Below, one piece after another: positions 57,997 to 64,000 of a stretch of DNA of 64,000 nucleotides; the stretch's first letter is position 1, and each line of letters begins with the position of its first letter. The stretch lies in assembly GCA_029061605.1 (NCBI GenBank), contig JAIDRT010000028.1:812-64811 (forward strand), given 5' to 3'. The stretch is from Clostridia bacterium (GTDB lineage Bacteria > Bacillota > Clostridia > Christensenellales > UBA3700). The position numbers were made by a program, and so were the translations under genes. The notes below the pieces were generated by a model. The model was not told the DNA's origin and searched no databases. It was given only the letters and a program-made list of their open reading frames with translations.

Positions 57997-59256
57997 ATGG
58001 CCGACAGAAAATACATTGACAATTTGTCAACCAGCGCAGAATTTGCAGAAGTTGTTCAAAGACTTTATGGAGAAGACAAACTCCAATATCAAATAAAGAG
58101 ATATCAAGATTTATACGACATACATAGCAAAAAATACGGAGAGGGCGGAGTTTTTTATTCGTCTCCGGGCAGAATTGAAGTTTGCGGCAATCACACCGAC
58201 CACAACAACGGCAAAGTTCTTTGCGCGTCAATTTCGGTAGATACGCTTGCTTGCGTTACGCCGTGCGAAGGCAAAGTCATTGTTGAATCAATTGGATTTT
58301 CTCCCATTGAAGTTTCTCTCAACGATTTTATTTCAAGAAAGAATGAGGAGGGAAGCGCTGTTGCTCTTGTGAGAGGTATATTGGCGTATTACAAAATAAG
58401 CGGACTTAAGATAGGCGGTTTTTGCGCGACGACTACGAGCGACGTTTTCAGAGGCGCGGGAGTTTCTTCCTCGGCGTGTTTTGAGGTTTTGATTTGCGAG
58501 ATACTCAATCAGATGTTCAACGACGGCGCGGTAGACAAGTTTACCAAGGCAAAAGCGTCGCATTTTGCTGAGACTGAGTATTTCGGCAAGCCGTGCGGAC
58601 TTTTGGATCAGAGCGCAATATCTTTTGGCGGAGTAAGTTATATAGATTTTAGATCTACTAAGGAGCCTATATTCAAATCAATCGACTGGAATTTTGACAA
58701 TCTTAATATCGTGTTGATCAATACCGGCGGAGATCATAGCGATTTAACAGATCAATACGCAAGTATTAGATTGGAGATGGAAGAGGTCGCAAAAGCAATG
58801 GGCGGAAAGAAACTTCGTAAGATCAAGGAAAAAGATTTTTATGCCGCGATCCCAATCCTTCAACAAAAACTCTCAGGCAGAGCGATATTGAGAGCAATGC
58901 ATTTTTATGACGAGAATAAGCGTGTGGATACCTGCGCAAAAGCCGTAAAGAAGAGCAACGAGCGCAAGTTTTGCGATATGATAAATGCGTCGGGAGAGAG
59001 TTCTTACACAATGTTGCAGAATTGCTATCCTTACGGAGACTTGACGCAGAGAATACCGCTTGCAGTCAATTTGAGCAAAAAGTGCGACGGAGTTAAAGCA
59101 GTGAGAGTTCACGGCGGCGGATTTGCAGGCACGATCATAGCATACGTCGACAAGCGTAAGTGCGACGGTTACGTGGATAGTATGAAGTCAATATTTGGCA
59201 ATGACAACGTCTTTGTGATAGGCGTGCGCAACGACGGTACGACAAAGGTATTTTGA
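57997..59256 (+). CDS. galK: GHMP-family sugar kinase, galactokinase-like
   Basis: Start ATG 57997 with RBS GAGGT. Motifs GRIEVCGNHTDHNNG (a variant of the GalK signature), GAGVSSSA (GHMP ATP loop) and GGGFAGT. Divergent from galT. Confidence 0.75.
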   Translation: MADRKYIDNLSTSAEFAEVVQRLYGEDKLQYQIKRYQDLYDIHSKKYGEGGVFYSSPGRIEVCGNHTDHNNGKVLCASISVDTLACVTPCEGKVIVESIGFSPIEVSLNDFISRKNEEGSAVALVRGILAYYKISGLKIGGFCATTTSDVFRGAGVSSSACFEVLICEILNQMFNDGAVDKFTKAKASHFAETEYFGKPCGLLDQSAISFGGVSYIDFRSTKEPIFKSIDWNFDNLNIVLINTGGDHSDLTDQYASIRLEMEEVAKAMGGKKLRKIKEKDFYAAIPILQQKLSGRAILRAMHFYDENKRVDTCAKAVKKSNERKFCDMINASGESSYTMLQNCYPYGDLTQRIPLAVNLSKKCDGVKAVRVHGGGFAGTIIAYVDKRKCDGYVDSMKSIFGNDNVFVIGVRNDGTTKVF

Positions 59257-59258
59257 TA

Positions 59259-60293
59259 ATGCATAATTTACTTGCAATCGACAGAGTAGCGTTTACGTTG
59301 TTTGGCAATCCTGTATATTGGTACGGCATTGTCATTACGCTTGGCATAATTCTTGCTTTTTGTCTCTATCTTTTACTCTCATATAAAAGACGGATTGATT
59401 TTGATTTTTCACTCGAGTTGTTTATATGGGTAATTCCAATGGCAGTAATTTTTTGCAGAGTATTTTACGTCGTTCCGCGAATTGGCGACGAGTACTCGCT
59501 GTCTTCTTGGGAGGGATTTGTTGACGCAATAGATATTTCGGGCGGAGGACTTACTATTATAGGCGGTATCTTTGGCGGCGCTTTTGGAGTATTCTTCTGT
59601 TGCTTGCGCAATAAAAAGTATTCGCTTATGCGAGTTGCAGACTGCGTGGTAATTGCAGTGTTGCTGGGACAGATAATAGGCAGATGGGGCAACTTTTTCA
59701 ATCAAGAACTTTACGGCGTTGAAGTCACCAACGAGGCGCTTCAGCATCTACCTTTTGCGGTATTTATAGAAAGCACTGGAAAATGGCACTACGCATCTTT
59801 CTTCTTTGAGGGCACACTCAATGCCATAGGTCTTGCAATAGCGTTGGTGATGTATTTTGTCCCCAAGAAACCGCTCAAGAACGGAACGTTTTCTATATTC
59901 TATCTTGGTTGGTACGGTTTGGTAAGAGGCTCGCTTGAGTTTATAAAGGCAGGCAATCCTGTCACTTTTGGCAATTCTGACGTCAAAGTCGTGCAGGTGA
60001 TATGTTATATTGTATTTATTGTGTGCATAGCCTTGCAAGTACTCTTGCAATTTGGCAAGATAAACTTTGAGACAAAGTGGTTTGAGAAAATGTGCGCGAG
60101 CAAACTTGATGGCACTTGCCAAAAAGTTCGTAATATTAGATTGCTTTCGGCAAGCGGCGAGACGGATTCTGAAAATTCGCAAGGGCAGACTGCAGAAGAC
60201 GTAAGCGAAGTCAGTCAACTAGTTGTCATTGAGGAAATCAAATATTCAAAAGCAACTAATGCCAGCAAGCCTGACAAAACGCTGTTGCAATAG
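59259..60293 (+). CDS. lgt: Prolipoprotein diacylglyceryl transferase Lgt, with a C-terminal extension
   Basis: Motifs YWYGIVITLGI, GGLTIIGGIFGG and GRWGNFFNQELYG. Start is either ATG 59259 or TTG 59253, which overlaps the galK stop. Confidence 0.85.
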   Translation: MHNLLAIDRVAFTLFGNPVYWYGIVITLGIILAFCLYLLLSYKRRIDFDFSLELFIWVIPMAVIFCRVFYVVPRIGDEYSLSSWEGFVDAIDISGGGLTIIGGIFGGAFGVFFCCLRNKKYSLMRVADCVVIAVLLGQIIGRWGNFFNQELYGVEVTNEALQHLPFAVFIESTGKWHYASFFFEGTLNAIGLAIALVMYFVPKKPLKNGTFSIFYLGWYGLVRGSLEFIKAGNPVTFGNSDVKVVQVICYIVFIVCIALQVLLQFGKINFETKWFEKMCASKLDGTCQKVRNIRLLSASGETDSENSQGQTAEDVSEVSQLVVIEEIKYSKATNASKPDKTLLQ

Positions 60294-60322
60294 ATAAGAA
60301 AAATAAAATATATATTAACAGA

Positions 60323-60364
60323 TTGACAAAAATATGGCAAAGTTGTATAATTTTGCCATATAAT
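60323..60364 (+). promoter_or_regulatory. Consensus promoter of pncB, bracketed by a perfect 9-bp inverted repeat (candidate operator)
   Basis: TTGACA (60323-60328), 17 nt, TATAAT (60346-60351). Inverted repeat TATGGCAAA (60333-60341) / TTTGCCATA (60352-60360). Confidence 0.65.
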
Positions 60365-60452
60365 TTATGCAAATGACTAGGCATAAGCGCTACGGTTATG
60401 GACGGGTTGTTCAGCCTCACCGAGTATTCGGCATAAAAAACTAGGAGCAAGA

Positions 60453-61880
60453 ATGAGAAATCTAACTTTATTGACTGACTTGTATCAGTTGACTATGATG
60501 TATGGTTACAGCAAAAACAAGCAGATGGACGAAATTGCGGTTTTCGATGTTTTTTATAGAGGAGTTGGCAACAATTACGCTATTGCCTGCGGTTTGGAAC
60601 AAGTCGTAGACTATATACTCAATCTCAAATTCAACGAAGACGATATCGCATACTTAAGATCGCTTGGCATCTTTGATGAAGAGTTTTTGACTCTTCTCAA
60701 GAATTTTAAATTCAACGGCGACGTATACGCAGTGCCCGAAGGAACTGTAGTATTTCCGCAAGAGCCTATACTCACTGTAAGGGCAAAGATGTTTGAGGCG
60801 CAGTTTATAGAGACTGCAATACTTTGCATACTCAATCACCAGACTCTTATTGCCACCAAGGCGGCAAAAGTCGTATACGCGGCAAAGGGCGGAGCAGTTG
60901 CAGAGTTCGGTTTGCGTCGCGCGCAAGGACCTGACGCAGGAATCTACGGCGCAAGGGCGGCAATGATTGCTGGCTGTCAGTCGACTTCCAACGTGCTTGC
61001 AGGCAAAATGTTTAACGTGCCGGTATCTGGTACTCACGCTCACAGTTGGGTAATGAGTTTTCCAAGCGAATTGGACGCCTTTAGAGCGTACGCAAAGATA
61101 TATCCTGACAAGTGTATGTTGCTTTGTGATACGTACGACACTCTTGGAAGCGGTGTGCCCAACGCAATTACTGTATTCAAAGAGTTGAGAGAGCAAGGTC
61201 ACGAGCCTATTGGCATAAGACTTGACAGCGGAGACTTGGCTTATCTGTCGAGAGAGGCAAGAAAAATGCTTGACGACGCAGGTTTTCCCAATGCTAAGAT
61301 TTGCGCGAGCGGAGATATTGACGAAAACGTCTTGCAGTCACTCGCAACGCAGAATGCCTGCATAGACACCTGGGGTATAGGTACAAAACTTATCACGAGT
61401 ATGGATTGTCCCAGCCTAGGCGGAGTATACAAACTTGCAGGAATTGAGATTGACGGTGTATTGCAACCAAAAATGAAGATGAGCGACACTCCGGCAAAGA
61501 TCACCAATCCGGGATATAAAAAGGTCGTCAGACTTTATGACAAGAATACAAATAAGGCAATTGCCGATCTTATTGCTCTCAAAGACGAGAGTTTTGACGG
61601 ACTTGACGAACTTGAGATTTTCCATCCTGACTTCTCTTGGAAGAGAAAAAAAGTCACAGGATTTTATGCAAAAGAACTTGGCAGACAAATTATCAAAGAC
61701 GGCAAGTTGGTATATGAGTTGCCGTCAGTAATGGATATTGCAAAGTATCACAAGCAAAGTTACGGTGAATTTTGGAATGAGTACAAGCGAATGCTCAATC
61801 CGCATCTCTATAAGGTAGACCTTTCACAAAAACTCTATGACCTTAAACAAAAGTTGATCAAAGAGAATAAGAAAGCATAG
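60453..61880 (+). CDS. pncB: Nicotinate phosphoribosyltransferase
   Basis: 475 aa. N-terminus LLTDLYQLTMMYGY. Motifs FGLRRAQG and SGTHAHSW. Confidence 0.9.
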   Translation: MRNLTLLTDLYQLTMMYGYSKNKQMDEIAVFDVFYRGVGNNYAIACGLEQVVDYILNLKFNEDDIAYLRSLGIFDEEFLTLLKNFKFNGDVYAVPEGTVVFPQEPILTVRAKMFEAQFIETAILCILNHQTLIATKAAKVVYAAKGGAVAEFGLRRAQGPDAGIYGARAAMIAGCQSTSNVLAGKMFNVPVSGTHAHSWVMSFPSELDAFRAYAKIYPDKCMLLCDTYDTLGSGVPNAITVFKELREQGHEPIGIRLDSGDLAYLSREARKMLDDAGFPNAKICASGDIDENVLQSLATQNACIDTWGIGTKLITSMDCPSLGGVYKLAGIEIDGVLQPKMKMSDTPAKITNPGYKKVVRLYDKNTNKAIADLIALKDESFDGLDELEIFHPDFSWKRKKVTGFYAKELGRQIIKDGKLVYELPSVMDIAKYHKQSYGEFWNEYKRMLNPHLYKVDLSQKLYDLKQKLIKENKKA

Positions 61881-61927
61881 CGGCGGACAAACTTTTGACA
61901 GATATCTACAAAAATAGCAAAAATAAT

Positions 61928-61958
61928 GAGTTATCGGCAATGTCGATAACTCTTTTTT
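61928..61958 (+). terminator. Intrinsic terminator after pncB
   Basis: GAGTTATCG (61928-61936) pairs with CGATAACTC (61944-61952), a 7-nt loop, then T6. Confidence 0.9.
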
Positions 61959-61994
61959 GTTTTATAATTATCTAGACTTCACTGAATAATCAAT

Positions 61995-62187
61995 ATCACA
62001 TTGAACAAATGAATTAATATCAATAAGATTAAGTTAATCGACGTCGTCTTGAGCGGATAAGGTAATATCAAATAGATTAAAGTTAACTGACATCATATTA
62101 AACGGATGAAGTGATATCGAAAGTATTAAATCAACCGACGTCACCTTGAGCGAAACGAAGTGAAGTCGAAAGGTCTATAAATTAAAT
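61995..62187 (+). repeat. Tandem array of four 48-49-nt units. The last unit carries an intact hairpin repeat and the first three are progressively AT-decayed.
   Basis: Units: 61995-62042, 62043-62091, 62092-62139, 62140-62187. Unit 4 starts GTCACCTTGAGCGAAACGAAGTGAAGTCGAAAGGTCT. Units 1-3 each end in CGAC/TGAC, which directly precedes the next unit. Confidence 0.75.
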
Positions 62188-62209
62188 ATATAAGAAGGAG
62201 CAAAAATAA

Positions 62210-62689
62210 ATGAGTAATTTTTCTGTAGTACGAAAGGGATACGACAAAGCGCAGGTACAAGAGTATATCAAAATGCAAGCCGATAAATATGAGAGTACAA
62301 TATTGGGATTGAGAGACAGAATAGAAGGACTTACGAGAGAAAACAAAGAATTGCGAGGCAAGGTAGACGAACTCAAAAAAGAACAAGACAATATCAATAT
62401 TGCTCTTACGCAAGCCATAGATAAGGCAAAGAATATCGAATATTCTTCCAAAGTTAAATTTGCGTTGGAAGGGGAGAGATTAAAAATTTTTTCATCTAAG
62501 TGGCAGTCCTACTGCAAGGCCAACGTCAAGTCTGTTGATAAGGACCAACGCGAAGGTGTGGTATCAAAACTCAAAGAATATGAAGAAGAACTTGTTGAAC
62601 TTATGAGCAAAGAACTCAACATAAGCGACTACGTCAACGACGCCGACCAAGACTTTTTCTCCGAAAGCCGCCGCTTAAAACGTAATTAG
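62210..62689 (+). CDS. DivIVA-domain protein
   Basis: 159 aa. N-terminal DivIVA signature FSVVRKGYDKAQVQEYI followed by coiled-coil-like sequence. RBS AAGGAG. Confidence 0.75.
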   Translation: MSNFSVVRKGYDKAQVQEYIKMQADKYESTILGLRDRIEGLTRENKELRGKVDELKKEQDNINIALTQAIDKAKNIEYSSKVKFALEGERLKIFSSKWQSYCKANVKSVDKDQREGVVSKLKEYEEELVELMSKELNISDYVNDADQDFFSESRRLKRN

Positions 62690-62718
62690 GTATTTAAATA
62701 CAGTTTATCTTTTCTTCA

Positions 62719-62746
62719 AATCCGTCAATGTTTGTTGGCGGATTTT
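62719..62746 (+). terminator. Intrinsic terminator after the DivIVA-domain gene
   Basis: AATCCGTCAA (62719-62728) pairs with TTGGCGGATT (62735-62744, one G-T pair), running into TTTT. Confidence 0.6.
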
Positions 62747-62776
62747 GGCAATTTTATGTCTTTTTAATTTTTAGTA

Positions 62777-62805
62777 TTGACTGAACTGTAATTTATTTGT
62801 AAAAT
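62777..62805 (+). promoter_or_regulatory. Candidate sigma-A promoter for the paralog pair
   Basis: TTGACT (62777-62782), 17 nt, TAAAAT (62800-62805). Confidence 0.45.
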
Positions 62806-62897
62806 TATTATAGAAATGTTTTGATATTTTTTTATTTTATTAGGAAATAACGATACAAATTATTATATTTGGTGTATTTAAAGTAGGAGGGAAAATT

Positions 62898-63569
62898 ATG
62901 ACTAGAGGAAAAGTTATTACAGCAAAAGTGTTTATAGGAATAATATGTTCAGTTCTTATACTTGGCACGATATTTATGACTACGATAGTACTGATATTTA
63001 AGGATGGGGCAAATAGACCTGACCAAATATATACGCCGTATAATAATATACCTAATATTTGCGGAGATGATTGCGTATACATATCTGAAAACTTTTTTTA
63101 TGAAAACAATTTAAATATACCTACTAACATAGGTTTTTATTCAATGCGTGATTTATCAAATACGTCTAGTGTTGAAGGTTCAACTTATTTATATTATGGA
63201 CGCGCTAAAGAACTGGCTTATAGTTTTGAGACGAGAAGCAATAAGAATGAACAATTAGAGAATTGCGCTATTTTGATCAAGTGTGATCCTGTAAATATAG
63301 AAAAACTTCAAAATAAACAAAAGTATGATGGATATGTCTATAGTGTTGAAACAAAAGATTTTATAAAAGACAATGATAGCGAAGTAATGGTATATTCCTG
63401 CACTTATGTTATTGATTTTAAAAGAAATGAAAACACTTTCAAGAAGTGTCAACTCACAATGGAAATAAAGATAGAGCACGATAAAGATATGCCAACGCAG
63501 ATGTATAAAGAGCGTAGTGACAAACTGTTCTATTCATTGCTTGACAATGTTGTCTACAGAAACGTATAG
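62898..63569 (+). CDS. N-terminally membrane-anchored hypothetical protein (paralog 1)
   Basis: 223 aa. RBS GGAGGG. One TM helix (VFIGIICSVLILGTIFMTTIVLIF). AT-rich codon usage. Motif YISENFFYENNLNIP. Confidence 0.75.
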   Translation: MTRGKVITAKVFIGIICSVLILGTIFMTTIVLIFKDGANRPDQIYTPYNNIPNICGDDCVYISENFFYENNLNIPTNIGFYSMRDLSNTSSVEGSTYLYYGRAKELAYSFETRSNKNEQLENCAILIKCDPVNIEKLQNKQKYDGYVYSVETKDFIKDNDSEVMVYSCTYVIDFKRNENTFKKCQLTMEIKIEHDKDMPTQMYKERSDKLFYSLLDNVVYRNV

Positions 63570-63579
63570 GAGGTAAAGT

Positions 63580-64000
63580 ATGACTAAGACAAAAAGCGGG
63601 AAAAAAGGATTGATCATAGGTCTGGTATTAACCCTGATCTTTGCAATTATATTGTCAGTAGAAATATATATTTTCTTCTGCGTAGACACAGTGAATAGCA
63701 ATCGTGATTTGGTCATAAGGTATGATAACTTACAAAAGACGACTACTGACACTATGCTTTATTTATCAGATGATTTTCTCTATGAAAACGACTTAGATAT
63801 TGCGCCGGTGTACGCGTACATTTACCACTCTCAGACAAATGGTTTTTATAATGAATATTTAGGTGACGTTGTATTGGAATATGATACCAACAAAATTTCA
63901 ACTGGATTTAATAGGAATATTATAAAAACAGATTTATACAGATATGATTTGGTGAGTAACTCTGACAACGAAGATATTCCAATTACAGTAAACGTAGTTG
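63580..64000 (+). CDS. N-terminally membrane-anchored hypothetical protein (paralog 2), truncated by the window edge
   Basis: Not in the ORF track because it has no stop. ATG 63580 is preceded by AGGAGG. My translation: MTKTKSGKKGLIIGLVLTLIFAIILSVEIYIFF...YLSDDFLYENDLDIAP... The frame stays open to nt 64000. Confidence 0.7.
   Translation, partial: MTKTKSGKKGLIIGLVLTLIFAIILSVEIYIFFCVDTVNSNRDLVIRYDNLQKTTTDTMLYLSDDFLYENDLDIAPVYAYIYHSQTNGFYNEYLGDVVLEYDTNKISTGFNRNIIKTDLYRYDLVSNSDNEDIPITVNVV

Noticed and set aside
61995-62187. The tandem 48-nt units considered as a CRISPR array.
   Set aside because: The units abut directly with no unique spacers. They are degenerate copies of one another, and no cas genes or leader are present.

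Overview
64-kb chromosomal segment of a low-GC Gram-positive bacterium, Bacillota/Clostridia-like by gene content and GGAGG-type ribosome-binding sites. It holds about 55 CDS, nearly all on the + strand, and most are housekeeping. In order: ktrB-ktrA (minus strand), a 1931-aa acidic membrane-anchored protein of unknown function, a PfkB kinase, a TSCPD protein, a radical-SAM protein, and rlmD. A regulator-rich redox/detox island follows (TetR, 2x LysR, 2x aldo-keto reductase, hydrolase, CMD-cupin, three flavodoxin-like proteins). Then come an OmpR/HK two-component pair, a nadD-yqeK fusion, rsfS, an FMN riboswitch with ribU, tsaE/tsaB/rimI, hydrolase-murF-ddl and icd. Next is a pur cluster (purE-C-M-N-H-D-L), followed by ygiQ-recX-nnr, a lone mazF-like toxin, a GPH/MFS transporter, dnaX-ybaB-recR, galT/galK, lgt, pncB, a DivIVA-domain protein, and AT-rich tandem paralogs at the right edge. 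I saw no rRNA/tRNA genes, CRISPR arrays, transposases, integrases, phage genes or a recognisable multi-gene defence system. The signals most worth follow-up are mostly non-coding. (1) A dispersed 27/37-nt intergenic repeat family of about 20 copies whose stem covaries. (2) Two ~130-nt GC-rich paralogous elements placed directly after the purD and nnr stop codons. (3) Three perfect DnaA boxes within 41 bp upstream of the pur cluster. The coding oddities are the giant modular acidic protein, a MurF whose N-terminal domain is replaced by a polytopic membrane region, a secreted tandem-flavodoxin lipoprotein, and an antitoxin-less MazF. All functional calls rest on motif recognition by eye; no database search was run.
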